The notes under the pieces are model-generated. The model was not told the DNA's origin. It saw nothing but the letters and a program-made list of their open reading frames with translations, and searched no databases. From NCBI GenBank assembly GCA_020137815.1, contig CM035352.1, positions 7,254,001-7,318,000 of the forward strand: DNA of 64,000 nt, written 5' to 3'. Numbering within the stretch: the stretch's first letter is position 1; every line of letters begins with the position of its first letter. Shown piece after piece: positions 39,197 through 52,092 of this stretch. Position numbers and translations under genes: made by a program. Source of the stretch: Hormiphora californensis. Lineage: Eukaryota; Animalia; Ctenophora.

Positions 39197-41443
39197 GCAG
39201 CTTTTGTTAAAGAGGACTTGGATGCGGCAAAAGGGGACCCGAAGAAGCTACAAAGAAAGTTACAGAAACTCCTGGGAAAAGCGGAAACTATTCTTCCTGA
39301 GACTACCAACAACAAGAACCTGGCTGATGATTTTTCAAAGTTCTTTAGTCAAAGGTGACCAAAATTCGGACCCAAGTCAATGAGGAGCAGCAGCAGGCTG
39401 GCGATTTTGTGGAATCTGGAAAATCCTGTCATACAACATGGAATGAATTCAAAGAGATATCTGAGGAGGAACTTGTTTCATTAGTGAAATCGATGTCCAG
39501 CAAGCACTGTGACCTGGACCCGTTGCCCACTTGGGTGGTAAAGGAGTGTATAAGTGATCTGGCTCCTGCATTAACATCAATAGTCAATCAGTCTCTACAT
39601 CAGTCTTCGGTCGCAGAATCTCTCCAGGAGGCACTTGTCTTTCCTACCATCAAGAATATGTATGGAGATCGTGAAGCTCTCAGCAACTATCGTCCTGTTT
39701 CGAACATCCCATTTCTGTCTAAGCTTCTTGAGAAGGTAGTTCTCACGCAACTCAATGACTACCTGGATCGCAACTCTCTTTTGGGCAAACATCAGTCTGG
39801 CTATCGTGTTGGTCACAGTTGTGAAACGCTATTGGCAAGCATGTTCGATGACATTCTAGGGGAAATGGATAAAGGAAACGTAGTAGCTCTTATCTGTCTA
39901 GATATGAGTGCTGCTTTTGATACGGTTGACCATGGAAAGTTGTTGGAGGTGTTGCAGAAACGGTTTGGAGTGGATGGTGAACCTCTCCGATGGTTTAAAA
40001 GCTATTTGAGTTCCAGATCTTTTAGAGTTTCGGTCGGTGATTGCCTTTCGGAAACCCTTGCTTTACTTTGTGGAGTCCCTCAAGGGTCCCTCCTTGGTCC
40101 TATTTTGTTCCTACTCTACATCGAGGCTGTACAAGATATTGTGGAGCCATATGGACTCCGGATAAAGTTATATGCAGATGATTCCCAGCTCTACGTGAGT
40201 CTGGTTCCTACGGATGCTGCTGGCTGGGTTGAGGCAAAGGTGGATATTGAGGAGTGTCTGGCGAAGGTGAAGAGGTGGATGGTAGGGCAGTGGTTGAAGT
40301 GTAATGAGGCCAAAACGGAATTCATCCTGCTTGGAAAGCGCAGTTCTCTAAGCAAAGTCTCTTTTGATCCAGTTATTAACTTTGGAGGAACGGAAATCTC
40401 CCCCAGTGAATGTAGTGGAACAGATGGTAAAACCCTGGGAATTCTCTTGGATCATAACCTTGGCCTTGAACGACAGGTTAACAATGTGAGGAAACAGTGT
40501 GGACTGATGTTACGAAACCTTTGGCAACTGCACAGGTGTTTTGATATCCCAACAAAGATAATGTTGGTCAAACAGTTGATTTTATCGAGGATAGACTACA
40601 GTAACATTCTGTATTGTGGACTTCCTGGTCGAGTTCTCAGTGGGCTCCAGAAGCTTCTCAATGCCTGTGTTCGTTTTGTATTTAACCTCCACGGACACCA
40701 GGACAACTACATGGAGTATTTCAGGCAATGTCATATTTTACCGATCTCCTACAGGTTGGACTTCAAAGCATGTTTGATTGCCTACAAAATAGTCAATGGA
40801 ACAGCCCCGTGTTATCTCCAGGATTTGGTGCCACGTGATGAGACTTGGGGAACCTCTAGGACAACGAGGATGACTAATGTTCCGGATCCCTATAGGTTAA
40901 AACATCCAAAGATGACCAGTATCAATGCCAACTCTAAGTTGAGACGTAGGAGGTTATCAGTATTCCTGCCCTCTGTCTGGAATGAGCTTCCTCTTGAGCT
41001 CAGGTCAATCCCCAATGTGGATACTTTCAAAACCCGGCTGAAAACACATCTCTTCGTTGGTGCATTTGGAGTGGGTGATGGGGAACCCATGGCTGAGTTG
41101 TAATGTTTGTTGTAGTTGTGGGGCCTGCGGGCAATCAGTGTCATCCTCTCTCTAGCCATGTTATTAATTCATTACCTAGTATCCTTTTTTCGAGCAGGTG
41201 TGAGTATAGTGTGTTTTAATTTATATCTACAGGATTATGGGACCAGTTATTCCCTCAGTTTTATAAGTCAAGTTTATTTAGTCGTCTATATATTGTTTTT
41301 CAACCAGAGCTGTTCGAGTGTGTCATATAAGTAGTCGAGGATATACCGCTCTGATGATTCGGCGGAACATCGTCAATATTTTGACATGTCTCTGTCGGGT
41401 ATGGGCGGTATATAAGCGCGGAATATTATTATTATTATTATTA
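39197..41443 (+). mobile_element. 5'-truncated L2/CR1-clade LINE
   Basis: RT ORF, 3' UTR and (TTA)n tail at ~41424-41443; possible short TSD TACCA. Confidence 0.9.
39355..41103 (+). CDS. LINE ORF2 reverse transcriptase (endonuclease missing)
   Basis: NYRPVSNIPFLSKLLEK, HQSGYR, LDMSAAFDTVDH, GVPQGSLLGPILF, YADD. The frame continues upstream to ~39197 across a frameshift at ~39352. Confidence 0.92.
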   Translation: MTKIRTQVNEEQQQAGDFVESGKSCHTTWNEFKEISEEELVSLVKSMSSKHCDLDPLPTWVVKECISDLAPALTSIVNQSLHQSSVAESLQEALVFPTIKNMYGDREALSNYRPVSNIPFLSKLLEKVVLTQLNDYLDRNSLLGKHQSGYRVGHSCETLLASMFDDILGEMDKGNVVALICLDMSAAFDTVDHGKLLEVLQKRFGVDGEPLRWFKSYLSSRSFRVSVGDCLSETLALLCGVPQGSLLGPILFLLYIEAVQDIVEPYGLRIKLYADDSQLYVSLVPTDAAGWVEAKVDIEECLAKVKRWMVGQWLKCNEAKTEFILLGKRSSLSKVSFDPVINFGGTEISPSECSGTDGKTLGILLDHNLGLERQVNNVRKQCGLMLRNLWQLHRCFDIPTKIMLVKQLILSRIDYSNILYCGLPGRVLSGLQKLLNACVRFVFNLHGHQDNYMEYFRQCHILPISYRLDFKACLIAYKIVNGTAPCYLQDLVPRDETWGTSRTTRMTNVPDPYRLKHPKMTSINANSKLRRRRLSVFLPSVWNELPLELRSIPNVDTFKTRLKTHLFVGAFGVGDGEPMAEL

Positions 41444-42355
41444 CCAATGGAATTTTGGTTATTGTTTAATGTTTCAATCTTTCTCCTCAATAAATGCAAA
41501 GTGTTGCGACATCTATATTGTTCCTTTTGTTGTCAGCTCTCTCTCTTCCGCAGGACAAGTATTACTATTAGTAAATGATCGAATATAAAATATTACCTGT
41601 AGGACAGCTGTAATCCAAGTGTTCTTCTACGTTAACTCCTTGATTTCACCATGAAGAAGGGTGAGGTCATCCTAACCAACATAGTCTTCTACTGCATCAT
41701 CAACATTCCGGGCTGGATCTCAATTTTGCTAGAAATAGAGTCCGGTGGAAGAGAACTATCAGAAGAACGTGTGTAACCGGTGTAGAAGTGTATTTTTGTC
41801 TAGTTTTGCTTAGTTTGTACCTTGTTTTGTCACATCTCTCTGTGTGTAATCACCTAAAATTATGATTGTTTTGCTTGTCATGTGTTTTCTCGCGGAATAT
41901 ATACTCAATAACGTCCTGCACGGCATGTGCAAGCGCCCCTATATCGCACTCGTTTCACTCGTGCAATATAGATGTGAAATGCACTCCAGCTCCGCTGTCG
42001 TGCATTTCACCTCCATATACGCTCTGCAGTGCAGAGCGTATATGGCGCGCTTGCACTGCGTGCAGAACGTTATGTACTATATAGAACATTCTATCAGTTT
42101 TTCCTCTGATTTCTTTATGAACGCAGTAACCAGCTCATCTGCTGCCTCGCTTGTCGTGTAGGCCGCCTTCCTTTTTCATGTCGTACCCTTTATTATTTAA
42201 CTTGGGTCAGTTTTTTCTTTCGGCTTCTCTCGTTTAGGCATCTTCATTCTTCATTCTTTATGCTCTTTTGTTCGGATGTTTAACGGATAGTATGAATACC
42301 CATTTTATTGAAGACCTGGCTGAGGAGGGCAGTTACTGTACCAACACAAAGAGCG

Positions 42356-42545
42356 TACCAAGCTCTGTAGATTCTTGCTTTGGGTGTTAGTCCTTTAGCA
42401 TACCAAGCTCTGTATATTCTTGCTTTGGGTGTTAGTCCTTTAGCATACCAAGCTCTGTATATTCTTGCTTTGGGTGTTAGTCCTTTAGCGTACCAAGCTC
42501 TGTAGATTCTTGCTTCGGGTGTTAGTACTTTAGCGTACCAAGCTT
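42356..42545. repeat. 45-bp tandem repeat, ~4 copies
   Basis: Unit TACCAAGCTCTGTAGATTCTTGCTTTGGGTGTTAGTCCTTTAGCA. Confidence 0.9.
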
Positions 42546-44792
42546 CAATGAGAAGATATAAAGTTTTTTAAAATATACCAGTTATCCCAGGCTATGTACG
42601 GAGTATGCTGGTATAGATCCCTATCTCTTCCATATTCTGCTTTCCCTGCCACCATTCCGTTGTATCACCTCTCAGCTGTGTGCTAGTACTGAGTGAACGG
42701 TCGGGTTGATCCCGATCCACCTCATCCTTGTTATTGAAATTATTCAACAGTAGGTGCTGTGTTTCACCGTCCGCTGTGTTTCACCGTCCGTGGCATCATA
42801 ATGACTGGAGTGGGTGACCAGTTTGGAGGTCATCCAGTGGCCCCCACTCCAATCATCAACAGTAGGTGATAGTTCTTTAGGCAATGCCTAAATGTACGTC
42901 TGCAAATCAACGAGTTTAGTCTTAATCTGCTCTGTAATTCTTTTAATAATTTAATTAACGTCGAATGGACTTCCAATATAACTAATAACCCGGATTTAAA
43001 CTTATAATCAAAATCAGCATAATAAAAGTCTTGTTTAATTAATAATAATTGTGGAACAGGGCATCTGTCAGCGGATAGATGAAACTCTTTGGTACACTTA
43101 ACAGACCAATGCAATCACCATGGTATCACTGCTGACATGATTGGCACTGTATTAGTGTATTATAAAATTGTGTGGTGTTTTCTTTCAAGCTGTCGAACAT
43201 GGTTATGTGTGCTCTTACTTTGTCAGCATCTCTGTATGGGAAGCTGTCACAGTGTTTATCACAACCAACCATCTCTGTGAAGGTGCTGTTGAGATGTAAT
43301 GGCTTTTCGGTGCGGCTATCGACGGAGTTTTCACAATCATTTTCAGCAGTGACGTCGATATATATCTTACAGGTTGCTGACGCATATGGAATACAATTGT
43401 GTTTCGGAACACCTGAAGCTGAAGCGGGGGAATGAAACTCTTGGGCGAGCTAGGTGCATTAGAGAGACTGTCCTAGGAAAACTGCTTTTATCACTCTAGT
43501 TTCTTTTCGGCGGAAGTGCACTCAGGAGTTGCAGGAGACTATCAGCAACTACTTGCTGTTGATGATCTATTGATAGATCTTTGGGATCAAAAACGCTGGG
43601 TTCCAGATTCTTCGTAACATGTAAAACACTGCATCATGGTTACCATGGTTACCATGGTTACCATGGTAACCATGGTTACACTGTACATTGTACAGCATTG
43701 TCCTCCCTTATATATATCGACACGCAAGGTCCATCACTTTTCTTTTCGTTTCAGTGCTGTCTGATTTCCTAAGGAATGGACAATGATTAATCAAATGCAA
43801 ATGAGCCATTGTAAAATCGAAATTGTAATTCCTTTATATTTTTCATTCTCTCGTATTACGAGTCGTAGCAACAATACATTACTTGTAGTTTAACACAAAA
43901 TGATCTTGGAAAGATATTGGTAACCATTGGTCCGAGGAATTATAATAACTCTGCTCTATAACTCTTTAAATAATCTGTAGATTAAAGCTATATAATACAT
44001 AATTGTCTTCTTGTTTCTGATCGCATGTCGTAACTATGAATTTCCCTACTGCCAAACTTTCAAATGATTGGAAAGGAGGGGTAACTTTTCCGGTGTAGGC
44101 AATTTTATTGCTCAAGCCTAAGAGCTTTACACCTCTCAATCCACTTTCGGAGGAGCACTTGATCGCAGGCGATGTCGGTATTCTCTGCTCCACGTACAAC
44201 CTGTAACAGTAGACTAAGCATCGAAAAAATACGATTAACGAAAAGTTTTAGGTATCTTGTCAACCTTTAAAATAGATATGCTCTAGTTCTGAGTATTCTC
44301 TAAATAATTTAATTAACGTCGAACGGACTTTCAATAACTAAAAGTGAAGAACAGGGGGCTTTTCTAACTTTTCGGCATCATGATTTGATTTGATTTGAAA
44401 AAGGATATTCAACAAGAATTATTTGCATTATGTATCCATAATGCTACGTTTCCCTGCCCTCTTCGATTTGCCATTCAACTCGCCATTAAGCTGTCCGCAA
44501 AATGGGGATTTGTGTTTTTCGAACTTTTGAAAAAAACGCAATTTCTCCATTTGCATTTTCCCCAAAAACGCGCGGCCGATATAAAACAAATTTTGCCGCG
44601 CGTTACAGTTTATAGCCACGCACGCCTCATAAATTTTCAATAGTTTGTGGCGCGCATGTTACTCCGCAAACTTCAAATCGCGCGCGCCGAACGGTTGCCC
44701 CTCGCAACGAAAGTGTGACCAAAAAATGTCCCTCTACCGATTAGTTAGTATACCAAAATGTCGTTTTCGAATTCTAACCCTGCTATGCCTTT

Positions 44793-45449
44793 TTACAAAG
44801 TAAAAAGGCATCCGGGTGGATGCCTTCGGCATCCACCCGGGCAGGGAAAAAATGGAATAGTCCAATCAACTCCTATACATTTCATTGATCTCACAACACT
44901 CGTTACAATCCTATTAAACATGAAAACATTGCTAGCAGTCCAACCGTAGTCTGGCCTAAGTGGAATAACTGTGGCCAGCACGATTTCAGTTGTCTTCCCA
45001 AACATGTTTCTAATTTCCCTAACGAGGTCTACATATGCGTCAAACATATCCTTCTTACCACGATGAGACCTAACAAATTTACCCCAATTCCTAATGTCGT
45101 TCGTACTGAACGCAACTATAACCTTTCGCACAACCAGTTCAGGTCGATTCTCTCTAAAACCTTTCAACATGTCTATGGCAAGACTTCCCTCCCAGTCTCT
45201 GAATGGCCTGCACAGCCTCGCACCCGATACCGACACATTTATCACATCCAGGTCCTCGTTCACCCACTTCGTCATGGAAGTTCCCAGGAGTAGAGTCCTT
45301 GGAGAATTAGGTGCCAATACCCCTGCTTCCTGTTCCTCCCCGGTTGAGGCAGGGTTTCCCTCTTCTTCTGTCTCCATCATGGCTGATTCTGCTGGAAGGG
45401 AAGGATCGGCTGGAAGCACAACGTCTTCACTGTTAGCGACAACGGTCAT
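44793..45449 (-). pseudogene. SGNH/GDSL esterase ORF1 fragment of an L2/CR1-type LINE
   Basis: Blocks TLLLGTSM, SVSGARL, VIVAFSTND and IVLATVIP; truncated before the DxxH block. The METEEEGNPASTGEEQEA segment is also at ~38582-38640. Confidence 0.75.
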
Positions 45450-47595
45450 GGTTACTAGAAGGGGAAAGGGGTTATGGTTAGTACTTCAACAAAGGGCTGT
45501 TACTGTAAAGGCTACTGTACAAAACTGGTGTGCTTAGCAATACTGCAAGGAACGGAAGTGAGTGATGTCCTTTTGTGCTTCTACCATCATCCACATCAAT
45601 TATTGGTGTCCTCGGAGGAGTTGAGCTCGCCTGGGCCATAATAAATATGCTCTAGCTCTATAACTCTTTTGATAATTTAATTAAAGGGCCCGAGGGTGTC
45701 CCTAAATCGGGGTCCGACTGTAATATCTGTTGATTGATGAGTTGCTAGTTGTTGCATCTTGTTTTTCTAATGGTTTCTGGGAAGCTGTCACAGTGTGTTT
45801 ATCACAACCAACAGCTCTGTGAAGGTGCTGTTGAGATGCTGTTAGGAGATTCTGTTAGGAGTGTTGACCATGTTGAGTCGTCCAAGTCTTCATGGAAAGA
45901 TAAGTCCATAATGATTTTGTTGATATCCTGATCTGTCATACGTGCCAGGTTTAGGAGACAATAGGCTCCGCCCTCTTTCCGGTTTCTGGGGGGAGAAGCC
46001 AGTGCTTTTGACACTTGAAAGGAATTCTTCTTTCAACTCCAACTGGTTTACGAATTGGGCGTATTGGACATGTTTGTGAGCGATTTTTTTTGCTTTCAAG
46101 CATTTTAGAGTATGCTTCTCCCACTATCTTAAACGTACACTTAGAGCGTGCAGAGTTTGATGTCAGCATTATCAATCAAGATCTTCCAACTCTCTAACCA
46201 AATATAAATACTAGAATAACTCTGCTCTATAACTCTTATGATAATTTAATAATTAACATGTCGAACCGACGTACTTTCTATAACTTAAGGTGGAGAACAG
46301 GGGACTTTTCTAACTTTAAATTCGTATCAATATTCACCTTTGATAATTGGTGGGAGTAGTGGTTTCGGTCAGCATTATCAATCAAGATCTTCCAACTCTC
46401 TAACCAAATATAAATACTAGAATAACTCTGCTCTATAACTCTTATGATAATTTAATAATTAACATGTCGAACCGACGTACTTTCTATAACTTAAGGTGGA
46501 GAACAGGGGACTTTTCTAACTTTAAATTTATAATCAAAATCAGCATAATAAAAACATTGTTTAATTATTTGCCTCCAACATGTTTTTCGTCGGTTGGCGG
46601 GGCTTGAACTGGAGAAAAAAACGATCCTTACCCTGCTGTCTCCACTTCCCGATTTAGGACATCCATGCAGCCGTAATGAATCCTCTATCTGCTTAGCTGT
46701 CAGTTTCCCATAAGGTTTCACTAGCCAGTGCTTTTGACACTCCGAAAGGAACTGTTCTTTTAGTTCCAACTGATTTACGAACTGGGCGTATTGGGCATCT
46801 TGACATGTTTGTGAGCGATTTTTTGTTGTTGCTTTGAAGCATTTTAGAGTGTTCGAAAACTTTATCAAACGCAACTCCATCTATTGGATGTGGTTGAAAC
46901 TCCGGTTGTGGGGAACACTCCTGTATCTGCTGCACTTCTTTCAAACTGTCGAACATGGTTATGTGTGCTCTTACTTTGTCAGCATCTCTGTATGGGAAGC
47001 CTCATCTATGTCCTCATCTATGTCCAATTGCCCTTCTACTGATAAATGGAGAGCTTTGTACTGTTCTAAATAGTATCGTCATTTATTATATCCTCTGACT
47101 CACAGAGTTCATGTCGTGTGTTCATACCATTTCCATTTCCGTCGTATTAGTTTTTACTGGTCAGCAGCATTTAATTTTTTTCCGACTTTCCCATGACTGC
47201 TGCACTTCTTGCTGTCGAACATGGTGTGTGCTCTCACACCCGCCCAAACTTTGTAAAGGTATCACTGTCTGTGACAAGCTGTCACAGTGTTTATCACAAC
47301 CAACAGCTCTGTGAAGGTGCTGTTGAGATATTGTAATGGCTTTTCGGTGCGGCTATCGACGGAGTTTTCACAATGGTTTTCAGCAGTGACGTCGATATCT
47401 ATCTTACAGGTTGCTGACGCATATGGAATACAATTGTGTTTCGGAACACCTGAAGCTGAAGCGGCCGGGAATGAAACTCTTGGGCGAGCTAGGTGCATTA
47501 GAGAGACTGTCTTAGGAAAACTGCTTTTATCACTCGAGTTTCTTTTCGGTGGAAGAGCACTCAGGAGGGACTCAGGAGTTGTAGGAGACTATACC

Positions 47596-50500
47596 AGCAA
47601 CTACTTGCTGTTGATGATCTATTGATAGATCTTTGGGATCAAAAACGCTGGGATTCTTCGTAACAGGTACAGCAATGTCCTCCCTTATATATCGACACGC
47701 AAGGTCCACCACTTTTCTTTTCGTTTCAGTGCTGTCTGATTTCCTAAGAAATGGACAATGTATGATTAATGATGGCTCGAGCCATTTTTAAATCGAAATT
47801 GTAATTCCTTTATATTTTTTGGGCATCTTGATTTTCTCGGGAGCGGTTTTTTTGCTTTCAAGCATTTTAGAGTGTCCGGAAACTCCATCGCAACTCCATC
47901 TATTGGATGTGGTTGAGATTCCGGTTGTGGGGAACACTCCTGTATCTGCTGCAATTCTTTCAAACTGTCGAACATGGTTATGTGTACTCGCACTTTGTCA
48001 GCATCTCCGTCTGGGAAGCTGTCACAGTGTATACATATCACAACCAACAGCTCTGCGGGGGAATCGCGAGCTAGGTGCATACTGTCCTAGGAAAACGATT
48101 GTACTGCTTTTATCACTCTAGTTTCTTTTCGGTGGAAGTGCGCTCAGGAGTTGCAGGAGACTATCATGAACTACAATTGCTGTTGATAGATCTATTGATA
48201 GATCTTTGGGATCAAAAACGCTGGGTTCCAGATTCTTCGTAACATGTACAGCACTGTCCTCCCTTATATATCGACACGCAAGGTCCACCACTTTTCTTTT
48301 CGTTTCAGTGCTGTCTGGTTTCCTAAGGAATGGACAATGATTATAATCATTTGCATTTGAATAAATTCAAATGCAAATGAGCCGAAATTGTAATTCCTTT
48401 ATATTTTTTATTCTCTCGTATTACGAGTCGTTATAGCAACAAAACATTACTTGTAGTTTAACACAAATAGAACCTACATGATCTCGGAAAGATATTGGTG
48501 ACCATTGGTCCGAGGAATTTAAATAACTCTTTAAATAATCTGTAGAATTAAAGCTATATAATACATAATTGTCTTCTTGTTTCTGATCGCATGTCGTAAC
48601 TATGAATTTCCCTACTGCCAAACTTTCAAATGATTGGAAAGGAGGGATAACTTTTCCGGTGTAGGCAATTTTATTGCTCAAGCCTAAGAGCTTTACACCT
48701 CTCAATCCACTTTCGGAGGAGCACTTGATCGCAGGCTATGTCGGTATTCTCTGCTCCACGTACAACCTGTATTTCATATTAAAACACATTGATGAATAAA
48801 TGTCAAAAAATTTCAATATTGATCTCAAATTAATTGGTCCAATTGGTATCCCACGCTCGTGTGGTCCGCCACCTTCTCCAGCGCTCCTCTCACGGACAGT
48901 TTCTCTTCCACAAGTAGCATGGCGGAAAGCTGCTCGTACTCCTTCCTGTACTCTTGCCACCATCAATCTTCGGGCAATGGGGCGACACTGTTCTCTCTCA
49001 CGTGACCTCTGTTCAAGTCTGTGTTCCTGTTGGGGCTCACGTGACCTCTGTTCAAGCCTGTGTTCCTGTTGGGGCTCACGTGACCTCTGTTCAAGCCTGT
49101 GTTCCTGTTGGGGCTCACGTGACCTCTGTTCAAGCCTGTGTTCCTGTTGGGGCTCACGTGACCTCTGTTCAAGCCTGTGTTCCTCTTGGGGCTCACGTGA
49201 CCTCTGTTCAAGCCTGTGTTCCTGTTGGGGCTCACGTGACCTCTGTTCAAGCCTGTGTTCCTGTTGGGGCTCACGTGACCTCTGTTCAAGCCTGTGTTCC
49301 TGTTGGGGCTCACGTGACCTCTGTTCAAGCCTGTGTTCCTTGCAACTACTTGCTGTTGATGATCTATTGATAGATCTTTGGGATCAAAAACGCTGGGATT
49401 CTTCGTAACAGGTACAGCAATGTCCTCCCTTATATATCGACACGCAAGGTCCACCACTTTTCTTTTCGTTTCAGTGCTGTCTGATTTCCTAAGAAATGGA
49501 CAATGTATGATTAATGATGGCTCGAGCCATTTTTAAATCGAAATTGTAATTCCTTTATATTTTTTGGGCATCTTGATTTTCTCGGGAGCGGTTTTTTTTG
49601 CTTTCAAGCATTTTAGAGTGTCCGGAAACTCCATCGCAACTCCATCTATTGGATGTGGTTGAGATTCCGGTTGTGGGGAACACTCCTGTATCTGCTGCAA
49701 TTCTTTCAAACTGTCGAACATGGTTATGTGTACTCGCACTTTGTCAGCATCTCCGTCTGGGAAGCTGTCACAGTGTATACATATCACAACCAACAGCTCT
49801 GCGGGGGAATCGCGAGCTAGGTGCATACTGTCCTAGGAAAACGATTGTACTGCTTTTATCACTCTAGTTTCTTTTCGGTGGAAGTGCGCTCAGGAGTTGC
49901 AGGAGACTATCATGAACTACAATTGCTGTTGATAGATCTATTGATAGATCTTTGGGATCAAAAACGCTGGGTTCCAGATTCTTCGTAACATGTACAGCAC
50001 TGTCCTCCCTTATATATCGACACGCAAGGTCCACCACTTTTCTTTTCGTTTCAGTGCTGTCTGGTTTCCTAAGGAATGGACAATGATTATTCAAATGCAA
50101 ATGAGCCGAAATTGTAATTCCTTTATATTTTTTATTCTCTCGTATTACGAGTCGTTATAGCAACAAAACATTACTTGTAGTTTAACACAAATAGAACCTA
50201 CATGATCTCGGAAAGATATTGGTGACCATTGGTCCGAGGAATTTAAATAACTCTTTAAATAATCTGTAGAATTAAAGCTATATAATACATAATTGTCTTC
50301 TTGTTTCTGATCGCATGTCGTAACTATGAATTTCCCTACTGCCAAACTTTCAAATGATTGGAAAGGAGGGATAACTTTTCCGGTGTAGGCAATTTTATTG
50401 CTCAAGCCTAAGAGCTTTACACCTCTCAATCCACTTTCGGAGGAGCACTTGATCGCAGGCTATGTCGGTATTCTCTGCTCCACGTACAACCTGTATTTCA

Positions 50501-50980
50501 TATTAAAACACATTGATGAATAAATGTCAAAAAATTTCAATATTGATCTCAAATTAATTGGTCCAATTGGTATCCCACGCTCGTGTGGTCCGCCACCTTC
50601 TCCAGCGCTCCTCTCACGGACAGTTTCTCTTCCACAAGTAGCATGGCGGAAAGCTGCTCGTACTCCTTCCTGTACTCTTGCCACCATCAATCTTCGGGCA
50701 ATGGGGCGACACTGTTCTCTCTCACGTGACCTCTGTTCAAGTCTGTGTTCCTGTTGGGGCTCACGTGACCTCTGTTCAAGCCTGTGTTCCTGTTGGGGCT
50801 CACGTGACCTCTGTTCAAGCCTGTGTTCCTGTTGGGGCTCACGTGACCTCTGTTCAAGCCTGTGTTCCTGTTGGGGCTCACGTGACCTCTGTTCAAGCCT
50901 GTGTTCCTCTTGGGGCTCACGTGACCTCTGTTCAAGCCTGTGTTCCTGTTGGGGCTCACGTGACCTCTGTTCAAGCATGT
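47596..50980. repeat. Recent ~1.7-kb tandem duplication
   Basis: 47596-49340 is nearly identical to 49341-~50980; duplicated ORFs 48421/50145 and 48800/50524. Confidence 0.92.
48997..49340. repeat. 39-bp minisatellite, ~9 copies
   Basis: Unit CTCACGTGACCTCTGTTCAAGCCTGTGTTCCTGTTGGGG. Confidence 0.95.
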
Positions 50981-51260
50981 GTTCCTGTTGTGGCTCACGT
51001 GACCTCTGTTAAAGTCTGGGTTCCTGTTGGGGCTCACGTGACCTCTGTTAAAGTCTGGGTTCCTGTTGGGGCTCACGTGACCTCTGTTCAAGCCTGTGTT
51101 CCTGTTGGGGCTCACGTGACCTCTGTTCAAGCCTGTGTTCCTGTTGGGGCTCACGTGACCTCTGTTCAAGCATGTGTTCCTGTTGTGGCTCACGTGACCT
51201 CTGTTAAAGTCTGGGTTCCTGTTGGGGCTCACGTGACCTCTGTTAAAGTCTGGGTTCCTG
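50721..51260. repeat. 39-bp minisatellite, ~14 copies with two unit variants
   Basis: Same unit plus the variant ...GTTAAAGTCTGGG... Confidence 0.95.
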
Positions 51261-52092
51261 GTGGATTTCCTGTTCTGTCTCGTTACTGTGTTCCTCAAGC
51301 ATCTCTTGGTCTTGCCACCATCAACCTTCGGGCGATGGGGATACAAAGAGAAGCAAGTGACTGTTACAGCGGAGGTCGACCGGGGGACGAACCAACGAAC
51401 AGTTAAGTGCATCACCCTGATTCAAGTCGTTGCACGCTCCTGCTTTGTCGTGGACAAGTAGCGAGTGTGTAGCATCCATTGCGACACCTGACTTTCTCCT
51501 CTACTTTCTTCTCGTCTGGCCAGGTGATGACTGTTATCTTGTAATTAACTCGTCGAACGGACTTTCAATAACTAATGGTGGAAAACAGGGGGCTTTTCTA
51601 ATATGTTTAGATTCAAAATCAGCATAATAAAAATGTTAATGTTTACAACAATAGTCGGTGTAAGAGGGGAGTTATTAAAACTCAGGTGAGTTTTACACGG
51701 TTAGGTTATTATAATACTCAAGGCAGTTGTATTCAGGGGAGTGCACTGTCGAGAATGTGTGTTTTCGAGCTCTTGTTCTGAGTATTGAGCTGAGTGTTTG
51801 TATGTTCAATAAATGGCATAACATACTACTACTACTACGAGTGCCTGGGCTTGCCAACGGCAAGCCCACAGGGGACTATCGCAAGCGATATCGCCGGCAC
51901 TAGGAGAGCAGCCCCCCCAATCCCCCCACGAAAAAACCAAGAGGTTACAACAAGGACCTGTCATCTGACACGATCACTTGAAGGTGGTTCAAGGATTGGA
52001 GGTGCGTCTCCTGCGGTAGTTGTTTGATTTGTTTCTATTGTTTCCCTGTTCTGTGTATTTCCCCTGTGCTACCATCAGGGGTTATACTCTCC

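Larger units (their letters stand above)
35540..50450 (-). pseudogene. Array of shuffled, decayed Academ-type transposase fragments
   Basis: Minus-strand peptides KPYGKLTAKQIEDSLRLH...RIVFF, RKVMDLACRYIRED, IKAVFLGQSL/MHLARPR/SFIPPLQL and LTKFGVCESTQHVRQLERSAAV (joined across frameshifts) match the remembered Academ pre-catalytic pattern AARIIRED...RPRSFISPLQL...LGFCxSYxEVxxFExSA. Copies at ~35.6, 36.6-37.0, 43.2-43.7, 46.5-47.7, 47.9-48.3 and 49.3-50.1 kb. Confidence 0.65.

Noticed and set aside
44372-44781. hAT MITE starting CAGGGTTAG (minus strand) or a (CAAAT)n-tailed SINE
   Set aside because: Only one candidate end is visible for either interpretation.
48800-49408. Cys-rich CSSLCSCWGSRDL repeat protein
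   Set aside because: The 39-bp unit leaves several frames open; nothing singles out this frame as coding.
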